A stretch of DNA of 64,000 nucleotides from Octopus sinensis (GCF_006345805.1 NC_043003.1:89838001-89902000), one strand, 5' to 3'; counted from the first letter of the stretch, positions 49,665 to 62,625 are shown. Numbers and translations: made by a program. Notes: generated by a model not told the origin, from the sequence alone.

Positions 49665-52600
49665 CTAGCTGACACACCCAGTAATTCCTGGAAAAGTGGG
49701 GCTTATCCCTTGGTTCCATTCTCATAATTTTTTCGCTAATCCAGTAACAACAATACAAAGTATGTAGCCCTTAAAATGGTTTTTGTGTTTTTACAGAGAA
49801 TTACCAACTAACTTACATAGGATCTTCCTTTTAGGAAATCCCAATAAGTTATGAATACCTAAATTGTGAAGTCAGTTATGTAATAACATGAAATTAGTTA
49901 CCTGATAGTAAGAATTGAGATAAAGTAGCCCCGGGAAAGGGCTTTAATACGTTCCCAGAGTATACAGAACTTAGGAAGAAATATCAATAAGGTATGTATG
50001 TATGCCAAAATCATGAAGCCTGTTATGTGGTAACAGGCTAATCGGATATGAGATGATAGCAATTCAAAGTAAATAACTCTGAAAAGGGCTTTTGAGTGTT
50101 CCCAGAGAATACAGGGGCACTTGTATTGAAATAGATTTACAATGAATGTAGAAACAGACTGACATTTAGTTTTATGGTAGACATACAAATAGATTTGTAT
50201 GTAAATTATAAATAAAATAACATGTAGATTATCAATACATTTAAAACACTTAGAAATATTAGAGTTAAATAATAAATACCTGATGATCTGGTGAATCTTA
50301 TTAAGTTTGCAGAGATTCTTGATAAACAACATTGTGGGGTATAAAAAAACAAATGATTAGGATTGCCGACTCTTGAGCATCCCACATAAAGTTGGCCATG
50401 GGAGAAAACTGGTTCAGACCTACTTGTCCAAGGACTGCCCCTGGGCCTTGTTAATGCTCATTGCAAAGCTCAGTTTCAATGGGAATTCAGGTGCTTGTAA
50501 TTGAAAGGCATATCTCAGGGAATAAGTGGAATTCTAGGAATGATTACAGGCTCACTACATGCTCTACCAGTCAAAACTGTTGTCCCCAAGACTGTTATCA
50601 TCATCTTCTTTATTATGTTGTGTGCCATTGCAAAGCTTTGGTGGATTGAGGTTTCGAAGCAGCAATACTGTTGCCCCAATCTTGAGGTGCAAGTTGTGAG
50701 GTGGGAGGCTGGGTGGCGTTAGACTATTCAAATACTCAGCTGGATAATTCACAGCTTCATTGATGTTGAGTACAGTGTCAATGGAATTGTAGATGTGATG
50801 CTCACCTGGTAACTGTTCCAGAAGTTTAATGTTCAAATCATTAACTGCCACATTCTTTGGAGCTAAAATGGCATGGGTTTTCAGCCAGTTGTGGTCTGTA
50901 AACTAATTCCTCAGGTTAGGAAATACCTTATTCAGATACCACCTGTCCAAAAAGCAAGCATACCCAGCCATCCTTCTTGCCAACCGAAGTGCCATTACCA
51001 ACATCCAACAGTTGCTTTGAAAAGGTTCTGTCTGCATCATCACCACTGATCTGCAGTCTCATGCTGGTTGTGAGTCTCAGCTTTTGCATGCTGCTCCATA
51101 GGTAGGACAACTTTATGCTGGTATTTACCTCATCAGCTGTTGTCCCCTTTGGAACCGTGGGAAGGGTTTGTCTAAAGTCTCCTGCCAGCATGACTGTGGC
51201 ACCTCCTATGAGCCTGGTGTTGTGTCTCAGATCCTGAAGGGCCATGTCAAGAGCTTCAAAGGAAACTTTATGGCTCATTTTCACCTCATCCCAGATGATC
51301 AGCCTGCATTCATCCAGAAGTTTGCCTTTTAGAAAACCACAATTGATGTTGTAGTTTGCTGTCTCTTTCTTGAACAGGTCCAAAGGAAGTTTGAAACAGG
51401 AATGTGCTGTGTGGCCACCACTTTGCAGTGTTGTAGATATTCCACTTGACGCCACTGCTATGGCAATGTGTTTCATATGGCGCAGTGTAGCCAGAAGAAG
51501 GTTGATGAAAAATGTTTCGCCAGTTCCACCTGGAACATCCAGAAAGAAAAGACCTCCTCTTTCACTTTCAGTGCTCAAAATAATGGTCTTATAAACACCC
51601 AATTGGTCTTAAATCAGTTTGAGTTTGTTATCAGCTATATATGTCGTCATTTCCATGATGTCATAGCTGATTTCTCGCGAGATTGTTCGCTGTCTGCTCC
51701 TGTTGAGGTAGACCAAATGTGGCAATGCCTTGACCTCCCATAGCTTGCACTCAGGTGTCCAGATTGAGTAATGCCTTATTGTAAATGGCGTTAGTGAATG
51801 TGGTAATTTCCGCTGTGGTATGCCTTTAAATCCTTTGTAGGATGTCCTCTGTCATGCTGGTTTTTCTGGGTGGCCAAAAGCTCAAGAGGTTCACCCAAGC
51901 CACATATCTTGAACATGATAGAAAATAGCTGGTGCAGTTGACTTGGTGTCCTGCTGATTGCTGCCTCCTCCAACGTCTGGTCCCAGTGAGCATCATCCTT
52001 CAGTAGCCCATGTTTGGCTCAGGCTCCTCTGTAGGTTGTGCAGACTTCCCCATTGTATCTTCAAATGTCTGAGAGTGTGCAGCAGTAGACACAGAAAGAA
52101 GCACTCCTGCTGATTAGGGTGCACAGTACACACCTGTCCGATGGCCCCACTTTTGAAGACAGCATATTCTTCCCAGACCTCAATGCGTGCTCCTTGCTTG
52201 CGTCTGTTCCATCTACTATGTGTTCAGGCAAACAGATTCACATTGGCATAATTTCAAGAAAGCTGTCAAAAGTGGTTTCTCGTGGATTCAGAACTACGTT
52301 TTGCACATTGTCTTCTGTGAAATATACATGCTGGCCATTTTCAAGATGTACAGATACCACTGTTGGATGCCACTTGTGGATTTCAAAGCCCTCATTAGAG
52401 GAAATATACCTGACCAACTTATATTGCTGGATTTCATCTGCCTGCCTGCCCTCCTGTTCAAGTCCAAAAACCGCCATATATCTAAGCCCTTATTGATGTA
52501 TTTACATACATATTTAATAATTTTTATATTGTTAACATGGGCCTGCAATGTTTTAGACAGCAATGGGTTGTCGGATGCAATCCACCTATTGTCAATTTCC

Positions 52601-52865
52601 ATCCATTGGCCATTAACTTTGAGCTTGGTAGTGTTTAGGGTGATCAAAGGAAAATGAATAGGTTTTTGGCTTTTAAAGGAAAATATATTGATTATATATG
52701 TGGACCCTTCTAGGCACCCTAGCCATCAAATTGTAGATTTTTATTAAACTTCAATGGGCCAAGTAACAAACTGGATGTTACTTGAACAGGTTTGCAAAGT
52801 TTCATGAAAATTTGTTAACGGGTATTGATGGTAACTTGACACAAACAGACAACTTGCATTTATGT
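49665..52865 (-). mobile_element. Helitron with decayed Rep/helicase, internally deleted
   Basis: 3' end CCAG-GAATTA-CTGG...CTAG followed by T at 49664; 5' region ATAAATGCAAGTTGTCTGTTTGTG; 5' boundary approximate. Confidence 0.85.
50380..52647 (-). pseudogene. Helitron RepHel (PIF1-like helicase) pseudogene
   Basis: IDNRWI...IKYVCKYINKG (Rep), FFLDVPGGTGETF (broken Walker A), LIIWDE, AGDFRQTLP, LPPHNLHLKIGATVLLLRNLNPPKLCNGT; multiple frameshifts. Confidence 0.92.
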
Positions 52866-54559
52866 GTTTATGTGTATGTATGTCTGTATGTATAAGTTCC
52901 TAGGAAGGTAGAAAGATAAGGTGTTGCCAATGCAGCACTCAACCCAAGCTTTAAGTTATCTACACTGTTGAATTATAGTCTTAAGTAAGATAGAAATTCT
53001 TCAGGTGTAGAAAATCCAAGTGCCACAACAGTAAAACTATTGTGTGGGTTTAGCAAAGAGTAAACTATAATCCCAAAAGATGTGGTAAAATCTTTCTTTA
53101 TCTTCTTTTTTGGATTATGTATATGTTTGTACATATGCGCATGTGTGTGTACATATATGTATGTATGCATGTGTATATAGTGTGTGTGTGTGAGTGATTA
53201 TAATTGCAGCACCATTTAGTGTTCATCTTCCATGCTGGCTTCAGTTGGGTTGTTCAACATGATCTGGCGAGATAGAAGACTACATCAAGCTCTTTGAACA
53301 TGAGTAAAAGTAAATATTGTACAAATGTGGAGTATAATTTTATTTATTTCTCTGTATCTTGTTCTGGAAATCAGTATTTGATAATTCCTGAATGTGGGGA
53401 GTTGCAAAAAAAAAAAAAATACTGCGAAAGAATTCTAATATACCACTGACACTACTATCTTTGCTTAACATTTTTCACTTGTGTCATTCACAAATGCATG
53501 TGAATTTATGATTTGGGTAGCATTAGAAAATATTCATATGAAAGGGAGTCAACTCTTTTCTTGACAATTATTCATATTTTCAACCAAAGTTTAGGTACAA
53601 ATTTTCTGCTTTAATTTTGAGTATTGAAATTCTCATTGTCCTAAATGTCAGGTGTAGATTCAACCAGTTTGCATTTTACAACCATTAACACAGGTATACA
53701 TTTGAAAATTTGCAATATAAATTTTAACCTGAAGTCAAGAAAAAGACAACTTTTTCTCTCATATTTGGGATATTGAGAACAGGGCGGGGTTCGTTTTTGC
53801 ATATAAGTAGTATTGCATTTCTTTTCCTTTACCACAATATTCCATTTTATTATTGTAAGATTGCTTTCTCTTCTGTCTTCTAGAAACAAAATGTGTTTTG
53901 AAAATTATGTTGCACTTGTCCATAATTCCGAACCTAAATTAATGTGTGTGTTATGTGAATCTTGTTTTAAAAGTGTTTGCAGTTAACCCAGTCTACATTT
54001 TACGGCACCATCAACCGATTTGGTGTGTGATCTATATGTTATTTTATTCAATAGGAATTTTGTGCCCAGATAGCAATGCCAGGTTGTTTTTGTAGTGTTT
54101 ATGGATTTTAGTTTGTGATTAGAGAATTGTTATCCTTTATTCCTAAAGAGTTACAACTATCCTTAATAGAATTTCTATTGAAGATTTTATGATATTTATT
54201 CGAAGTTGGAAAAGCATACTGATTAGTGTTGAGAATGTTCTTACTAGATTTAATGCTTACATTTAAACTATAAGGAGGGTTATATCAAATTATTTTTGTT
54301 TTGTTCCTTCGTACTATTTCTTTGTTTCACCTTGGCAGTAAAACCACTTTTATTTATTGTTGCACAGGGCAGCTACAGTGGGGATATTACTTTTTTTAGG
54401 ACAAGCTCTTCAAGTACATAAGTGCCAGTAGCTGGACCTGTTTGAAATGTACATAGGATGATTAAACTAATATGTACACTATTGTTCAGTCTATGTATTA
54501 CTGACTTGTGAGCTTTTGTTGAACTGCTGCTGTTTCATATTGAGCCAAGTCCATAGTGT

Positions 54560-55135
54560 AAATCACTTCCTTTAGCAGGAATTGTTTCAGCTCCTTACAT
54601 TCTGAGGTCATATATCATCAAGGTTGACTTTGCCTTTCTTCCTTTTTTGGGGGAAGGGGGAGTAAAAAAAATAAAGTGCCAGTACTGGGGTGAATGTAAT
54701 CAACTTGCCTCCTGCCCTCGAATTTACTGGCTTTTTACCAAAATTAGGAAGAATTATTATTCTTATGTCTGTTGATGAGAAGAATCAGTACAGCACAGGA
54801 TATAATAATGCCTTACAGTTTTTACTCCCCCTTTCATTATGCTCTGAATTCAAATCTTATTGTGGTCATCTATAGGGTCATCTATGCCAATTGTTCCCTT
54901 CTCTTCCAACTTTGTCCCTTTGTATTACAAACCATTATTATTACTATTAATAAGGCAACAAGCTGGCAGAGTTGTTAGTGTGCCAGACAAAATGCCTGGT
55001 GGTATTTCTTCCTGTTCTTTATGTCCTCAGTTCAAATTCCACGGAGGTCAACTTTACCTTTCATCATTTGAGGATTGATAAAATAAGTACCAATTAATGT
55101 AACTGACTTGCCCCTCTCCTCAAAATTAGAAAAAA
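54560..55135 (+). mobile_element. Cluster of family-B SINE copies
   Basis: GGTTGACTTTGCCTTTC...AATAAAGTGCCAG and AGCTGGCAGAGTTGTTAG...GTTCAAATTCC...GATAAAATAAGTACC. Confidence 0.7.
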
Positions 55136-56399
55136 TTATTATTATCATTATTTATATATTTGGAAATGGCACAGGCACTGAATTAAATACCTGTCAGTGT
55201 TCAGTTCCACATTTTAGTTTTGTGTTCAAATCTTGTTGGAGTCAACTTTATTTTGTTCTTCAAGTTTTTCATAACATAAGGGACAGAAGTTGATGGAATT
55301 GATGCTACTTGTTCCATTCTGGGTAAGAAATTATTCATTTTTATTAGGGTTGGTTGGATGACAAAAACAGCATTAATTGTTCAAATCCTGTTAGTTAACT
55401 TTGCCTTTCATGCTTCTGGGGATCACCAAAGAGGTTTATGGAAAAGCAGACAAAAAAATGATGATAATAAGTAGAGTACTAATCTAAGTGCATTAGTTTT
55501 GTCCTTGTATATTTTAAGTTCAAATCCTTCCAGTGCATGTTTTAAACTTCCATTTCTTCTGTAGAAAGAACAAGAAAAATAAGTGTCAGTTGATATATAC
55601 TAGGCATTCAGTCAATCAACCATGACATTACCCTGCAAATGTCAGCCATGTGTAACCTGTCAAAACCATTATTATTGAATAAATTTATATTCATTATGTA
55701 GCTGTTTGCTTTCAGATGGTCATGTTGCAGAAGGAAGACAAACTTATCAGATCAGTGCTATAATGCACAATACATACACATATATGAATTTTCTCTCTCG
55801 CACACAAGTAATACTCTCTTTCTTTCTCTTGCTCTCTCCCCGCTCACACACACACACACTCACCTGTATGTGTACATATGCACACACCTATAGATATAGG
55901 GTTATCAAAAGTTTCTACTATTCTACTTCTGGGTACCACAGTACTACATCCACCAGTTGTTGAATAGATACACTGTAGTAACAGCACTAGTAAGTAATGG
56001 TGATAGTACCTGTAGCAATAGTAGTTTCTGACCTAGCTATCTGTGTGTGTGGGGGGGGGGTGATGGGGGGGGGAATGGAGTTACACTGATTGGCAAATTC
56101 AGTTCTGGGTAGTAAAAGAGACCAGTGAAGTGATAGTTTGTTCATCAGTTGTAATATTCTAGTGGGCAGGCTTCACCACCACCACCGCCACCACCCTCCC
56201 TGTGATATTGTAAAGATGTATTTGACCTACTTGAGAAACTCTTAGTAGTTAGTACCTAGTTGTTCTTGTTGTGGTGGGTGGGTCTGTTGGCTTTGGTAGG
56301 GGAGTGTTTGCATAAATCTTTTTTTATTTATTTACCTATTTTATTTTATGTTCTACCACTACTGCTGCTTCTGCTTCACTATCTATCTCTGTGAATGTC

Positions 56400-56991
56400 T
56401 ATAGTTAGGTAGTGTGTGGTGGTAGAGAGAATAAAGATAGGGAAAGTGAGAGAGTGTGAATACATGAGACCACATGACAGCAGCTCACTCACTGTAGCTA
56501 TAGTAGTAGTTATAGTAACAGTAGTAGTAGTGGTAGTAATTGTGGTGGTGGTGGTAGTAGTAGTAGTAATTGTGGTGGTGGTAGTAGTAGTAGTAGTAGT
56601 TTTATCAGTGCGGCTGTAGTAGTAGTAGTTTTATCAGTGGCAGCAGTTTAAAGCTCATTGGGCCAGGAACCTGAAAAGCAGCAGCAGCAGCAGCACTTCA
56701 AGTTTCTTCTTCAGTCTCAGACAGGGTCATCTGGTTACCATAGTTTGGTGGAGTTGTTAAACAACAATTTCTGTAGGATTAATTAATCCACTAAAAGATA
56801 AGACAAAAAATAAAAAGAAACAGTAAATAAAGGAAAAAGTGGACGAGGTTTAGCTATAAAGACCTAATGGTTAGGCCAACCTGAAAGAAATAATAATGAT
56901 AATGATAATAAGTTTTAGAGTTTGAAAATGAAGTGAAAAAAAAAACAACAAACATAAGTAAACACACACACATATATCTGGGACAAATAAG
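56400..56991 (+). promoter_or_regulatory. Candidate non-coding first exon / 5' UTR region
   Basis: Transposon-poor, (GTA)n/(GTG)n/(CAG)n-rich stretch ending at a consensus donor AAG/GTAAGT (intron from 56992); reverse CCAAT near 56089; start unknown. Confidence 0.35.
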
Positions 56992-57168
56992 GTAAGTGTT
57001 AATTTGATACAGCTGGAGTTAGGTTGTGCACTAACTTCAGGGTTACTTTTATATTGAAGGCAAGAAAAAGAAAACAATGCTGTAATTATTGAAAATATTA
57101 AGTCCACTGAAGTTCTTATCTGCTAGTAATTTCTTAATTTCAACATAGTATGTGTGTGTTTATATCTA

Positions 57169-57259
<91 letters not shown>

Positions 57260-57273
57260 TTCCAACCTGTTGC

Positions 57274-57285
57274 AGTCACGTGACT
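57274..57285. promoter_or_regulatory. Palindromic E-box AGTCACGTGACT (USF/MiT-TFE CLEAR-type)
   Basis: Perfect 12-bp palindrome retaining a CpG, about 280 bp downstream of the candidate first exon. Confidence 0.35.
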
Positions 57286-58156
57286 TAACTTCCAAGAAAA
57301 CTTAGCTTATTCATTTATTATGTTTCTTATTCACTCACTCACTCTTAAGTTCTCTTGTCATATATCTTTGCGTGTGTATGTGTGTGTGTACCTGTCCATA
57401 TTCACTGTTAAGTTGGATTAGCACAGGTGTGTGTATGTATGTACTAGTATAACATTGTGCAGATAGATGGTAAGAAGAAACTTCGTTAAGCCTTACTAAT
57501 TTTATTTCAATCTAATTGAAAACAATAATAATAGTAATATTTTGTATTTGTTCATTTTATATTTATTTCAAGCATACCGCCTTTATTTTTGCTTCTTTAC
57601 ATGGCTTTGTTTATCTTTGTATACCTGTATCTGTCTACCTGTCTTGTTTGTTTATTTTTGGTTTTTTTTCTTTCCGAGATGTTAAATTAGTTTATCATTT
57701 ATACAAGTTAACCTTTTGTTTTGCTACAACTGATAGATATAATATATAAAATTTTCTGGAAAACTTTTCATATCTACATTTGTTGTACACTTTACTTAAC
57801 ATCACTCGGTGATGGTAACATGAACTTGATTTTAAAATATAAACACCATGATACAATGTTTTAAAAATAAACCTTGCTATAAAAACTGAAATTTTTTTTG
57901 GCACAAGATTTTCAGTAATATATAATATTCTTATGACGCTATTGCTTCGATCAATCACCTTGTCAACACAATCACTCCTGCACACACAAACACTCACACA
58001 CACATGCAGCATAAATATACAAACTTATAACTATACTATTACACATTTTTTTGTGAGCCATGACTTTATTAGCCTAAATTTAATGTTTTATGCTAATAAA
58101 CTTTAGTGCAGAGGTAAATGTTGCCCTTACACACACACACATATATATATATATAT

Positions 58157-58213
58157 ATTGATTGATTTTAGTTTCAGCTCATTGAGCTGTGGCCATGCTG
58201 GGGCACCGCCATT
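58157..58213 (-). mobile_element. Extreme 3' end of a CR1-like LINE or SINE inserted in (TA)n
   Basis: GGCGGTGCCCCAGCATGGCCA-CAGCTC-AAT-GAGCTG-AAACTAAAATCAATCAAT. Confidence 0.8.
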
Positions 58214-58513
58214 TATATATATATATATATATATAAGCTGTTAGGACTATGAAAGGGGAAAAAATTAACATTTGATAGAAATATAATGGATTTTTTTCAT
58301 AAGAAACATTAATTGGTGATTTTTTTTTAATGTTTGTTGTCTTTTTTCTCAGTGAAATTAGTAAATGAATAATCCCGATCTAATAGCATAATTCTGGCTT
58401 AAAAATAACATATCCAGATATGAAGATATGGGAGATATCAGTTTGGATCAGTTTATAATGAATATTTCTAGCAATGGCTTACCCACCTTCATTGTGGTAC
58501 ATTCATTCAGTGC

Positions 58514-58874
58514 TTAACCCTTTTGATACCAACAGCCTGAGACCACCCTTGGTTCTATGATGTAACTTACTGTTTTAAAGTCATCTAAATTAAAACTTTC
58601 CCTCAATATTCCATGTTAATCTGTTCCAAACTCTATCTTAATAACGACAAAATTATTTTACTAAATTATTTACTATTTTCATTATTTTTAAGATTAATTC
58701 AAACAAAAGCAGTGTATTTCAACAGAAATATGGTAACTAAAGGATTAAAGTGATCTAAAAACCGTCCATCAAAATTTCATGTTAATTTATGTTTCAAACA
58801 CCACATAAATCACAATAAATTTATTTTACTAAATTCTTTATTATTCTAAAAAATAATTATAACAAAAGGATTAA
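58514..58874 (-). mobile_element. Family-1 piggyBac-like MITE with one extra left-end segment
   Basis: TTAACCCTTTTGATACC...AAAGGATTAA (58748), then a partial unit to TTAA at 58871-58874. Confidence 0.8.
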
Positions 58875-60048
58875 ACATGCAATTTGTACTTCATGAAATA
58901 GAACTTAGGCAGGTGGGAAAGTAGCTAATAATGGCTCAGGTTAGAACTAGTTGTGTCAGATTGCTTAAATATTGATTAGATCATATGTATTTGTGTTTAA
59001 ATACAAGATACCAAATATTGTAATTATAATTGGTAATTAATCTACAAAAAAATTAATTGTTAATTATTTTAAAAACTTGTCTCCAGTTACTTTTACTGAA
59101 ATTGAACTAGCTTAAATCAATTTCTGACATAGGTATAAGGTCCAATATTTGGTGATAGGGAATGTCAGTTAAAGCGATCCCATTACTTGTCTGGGACTTT
59201 ATTTTAGTGACCATGGAAGGATGGAAACCAAATTGATCTCATCAAGTTTATATTAAACACACTTTGTAGATCGATATATTTTTATAGATCAGAATAGCAT
59301 ATACACATCCAAGCATACATTTACAGTTAAAATAGCTCAGTAGGTAACTCATTTGACTACTAGCTCATGAATCAGGGGTTCACATCTACTGCAGAACATT
59401 TACAGTTCCATTTTACCTTGCTGCAGAGAGCAGGTACCAGTGGTGTTGTATCAAGGTATATATTTGTTTATTGCTTGAGAAGACATTGTGTGTGTACAAG
59501 AAAGATAAAACTTAGGGAGAGTTTAAGAGTTAGGGTTGTTTATCAATATCCTAGTTCATTGATTGGCTTCAGGTAGGTCAGCTATTAAATAGTCTGTCTG
59601 ACTTATGTCTAGGTTTGCTTTTATTTTCTTCTGCTTATGTATATGTGCCTGCTACTATCTGTTAGTCAGTTGTTGTTAACTGAAAATGACATTCTGTTTT
59701 GATATGACTTTTTTTCGATCTATGTTGATTAGTCACAGCAATAGAAAGTAACCAAGTTAACATCTGCTTTAGTAGTGCTTGGCTACTACAGTTGGTGGAG
59801 TCTGTCTTTTCGTTACTATTTATTATTTAGTATAGTGTCCTTTCTGTTATATCCTAATGTCAGTTAATGAAATAATTAATAATAATTAAAAAATAGAAAT
59901 AATTTTGAAGTTTTGGTTTTTTTTATATGTAAATGGTTCATAAACTCTATCTGTTCATTTTGTCTGCAAATTTGGTTATTTGCATGAATTGGTCAGAGGG
60001 CTGTAATATAGTCTATTGTTTTTAATACTTGTTAAATTTTCTCCACAG

Positions 60049-60111
60049 ATTCCTGGGTAAGTCCTTATACAGACACTCAGGAAAATGGCCATAGACATCT
60101 TCCATCAACAG
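60049..60111 (+). other. Candidate 63-nt exon, possibly containing a start codon
   Basis: Acceptor TTTTCTCCACAG; donor CAG/GCAAGT (GC-AG); AAAATGG context gives MAIDIFHQQ, and the alternative phase-1 frame SWVSPYTDTQENGHRHLPST is also open. Confidence 0.4.
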
Positions 60112-60799
60112 GCAAGTAACATAATAATTATATTTACAAGTATAATTTTTTTTTATTGCTCGATCCCCTAATGTATAGATTCAGTTCTTGAAGCTGTTTT
60201 TTTCTTTTGTCCAGCCTAAGTTTTGAAAAAATGAAAAAATCCTATATGACTTTAGCATTTATTATTGTTTAACCCAAAGTAAACCTTGATCAAACCAAGC
60301 TATGATCAATGATATTCCAACAGTACCCATCCAGACTTATTTTCAGGTAGAATATATCTAGGACTATATTATCCAAATGTGTTCTTTAGGGTATGATTAG
60401 AGGGTTCTCTTTGCCTGTTATTTTGTAGCAGATTCAGTGACAGTATTGATTCTCACTCAAAGGTTCATTAGCATTTATTATGATATTAATGGTGTTAGGT
60501 ATATGTGAAGGTACTTGTGTTGTATAGTGTTATTGTAGAACTGTGAGACTATTGAATGAACCTTTTCATGCTTCAACACACACACATACACACACACACA
60601 GAGTAAGTTATGTGATTGGACAGCTGGTGGAAAGCAGTTACAAAGGCAAGGACTACAGCTTGATGAATCAGACTGCACCTTAGCTATTCTAGTATATTCT
60701 ATATTGAACCTTCAGTATTTATCTATACTTTGTTCTATAAATGTTCCTTGTGTATTTATTGTCACATTTGAATTCTTATCTGTGAATTATTTACCTTAT

Positions 60800-61203
60800 A
60801 ACAAATGGCATCGCTGATAGGATTATGAATTGACGAAACTGTGAGAGTTTGATTGCTATGAGCCAGTTATCCCCATGTTAACCTTTCTGACATCTCTCAG
60901 CAAACACATACATAGCTTGCTTACTATTCAAAAGGGATATTTAGGCCAGGTTTTTGCACTCTTTATTTATATTGAAGATTAATGTAAAGCAAACTTTTGC
61001 TTGGTGTGTGATTTCTGTCTGTACTGAACTCACCTTGGGTCCCCTACATTAGCATTTGATAGACATACTGCACTAGTCAAACTTCTGACATCAGTGCCAT
61101 CACACTTCACATCAGGTAATGAACTACAGCTAAGAGATGGCCAGATCCATTTTCCATTGCTTGAATAAGGAAACTACTATTATAGCTAAATTGTCTGTGT
61201 GAA
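60800..61203 (-). pseudogene. Decayed 28S rRNA-derived insertion with 17-bp flanking direct repeat
   Basis: AGCCAGTTATCCC..TAAC.TTTCTGACA, AAGCAAACTTTTGC, TTTCTGTC...TGAACTCACCTTGGG, AGTCAAACT are colinear with the antisense of the conserved 28S 3' region; TGAATTATTTACCTTAT at 60783-60799 and 61204-61220. Confidence 0.8.
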
Positions 61204-62034
61204 TGAATTATTTACCTTATGGTTATGTTTTTGTATATGTTCAGCTATAATCAGTATAATCAGATAAGAATGATATAGTATAAGAAAAACCTTCTTTTTG
61301 CATAACTTAAGATTTTCTACTATAAAATATTACATATCAACGGTGCAGGATATATGCTTAAATATGGCGGATTTATCACATTTACATACTAACAAGCTAA
61401 ACATTTATTTTGCATGCAAAAATAACCCAAAGCATTTTTATTTATAAAGAGAGGGAAAAACTTTATCCAGATAAAACAGTAACTGACATACTGAAACAAA
61501 GAAAATTACAGGATTGTGTAAGCCCTGGAAAATAGCTTCATTATAACTAATTAACTTATACTATTCATTTTTATTTAAAGTTTATTTCAATTTTCTTTTC
61601 AAGACAATATCTTGAAAGATATAGAACTAAGATGTAGTCTTGGATGCTGTAATATTAAATTGGTGGGAAAGAAATCTTCTGATTGGATAGTACTCATGCT
61701 ATCTATTCTCTCACAAATAGGCTGATGTCTGTAGATTTAACTATCTTATTTGACTATCTCTTCTAGAGACACAAACACTTGCAGCAGGATTGAACTTACA
61801 AACCAGCCTTATTTTCTATGTTAACATGTAACAGTTTGGTTACAAAAATCTTTTCAAGTCCTTGAATTATTGGAGAATGTATTCTATAACTATAGAACCT
61901 TCCTGTTATCAACTAAACTATATAGTAAAATTGGAACGGTACTAATATCTTGGCTAGTAGGTCTAAGTTGAGTAACAGTGGTACTTTGAATGAAATGTGT
62001 GTGGTAAGGCCCGTTCGCTTCTAATGTGTTGTAA

Positions 62035-62480
62035 ATCAAAGCAGCAAGCTGACAGAATCATTAGTGCATCAGATAATGTGCTTTGTGGCATTTCTTCCAT
62101 CTCTTTGGGTTCTGAGTTCAAATTCTGTCAAGGTCAACTTTGCCTTTCATCCTTTTGAGGTCAATACAATAAGTACCATTTGAGCCCTGGGGTTGATATA
62201 ATTGACTCAGCCCTTCCCCCTGAAATTGCTGGCCTTGTACCAAAATTTTAAACCATTTTAAAGCAGAGAGCTGGCAGAATTGTTAGTGTGCTGAACAACA
62301 TATTTTGTGGAATTACTTCTGGCACGATGTTCTGAGTTCAAATTCCACTGTGGTTGATTTTTGCCTTTCATACTTTCATGGTCGATAAAATATGTATCAG
62401 TTGAGCACAAGGGTTGACTTAATCGACTTATCCCCTCCCACTAAGATTGCTAGCCTTGTGCAAAAATTTTAAACCATTCT
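62035..62480 (+). mobile_element. Two tandem family-B SINEs
   Basis: Each AGCTG(A/G)CAGAAT..TTAG...GAGTTCAAATTC...TTTGCCTTTCAT...CCTTGT.C.AAAATTTTAAACCATT. Confidence 0.85.
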
Positions 62481-62494
62481 TTTTCTTTCTTTCT

Positions 62495-62625
62495 TATTTA
62501 GCGTCCGTTTTCCATGCTAGCATGGGTTGGACGGTTCAACTGGGGTCTGGGGAGCCCGAAGGCTGCACCAGGCCAGTCAGATCTGGCAGTGTTTCTACAG
62601 CTGGATGCCCTTCCTAACGCCAACT
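62495..62625 (-). mobile_element. RTE LINE extreme 3' fragment
   Basis: TTTAGCGTCCGTTTTCCATGCTAGCATGGGTTGGACGG...CCTAACGCCAAC; older related tails at about 15570, 21950, 26890, 38750, 39900, 43210, 44850 and 49150. Confidence 0.88.

Noticed and set aside
50928-51602. Cellular PIF1 helicase gene
   Set aside because: Walker A lysine lost, frameshifts, Rep motifs upstream and a Helitron 3' terminus show it is a decayed Helitron
56416-56619. Poly-valine, transmembrane-like ORF
   Set aside because: Product of (GTA)n/(GTG)n microsatellites
60800-61203. Functional 28S rRNA gene
   Set aside because: Short, isolated and heavily mutated in normally invariant positions
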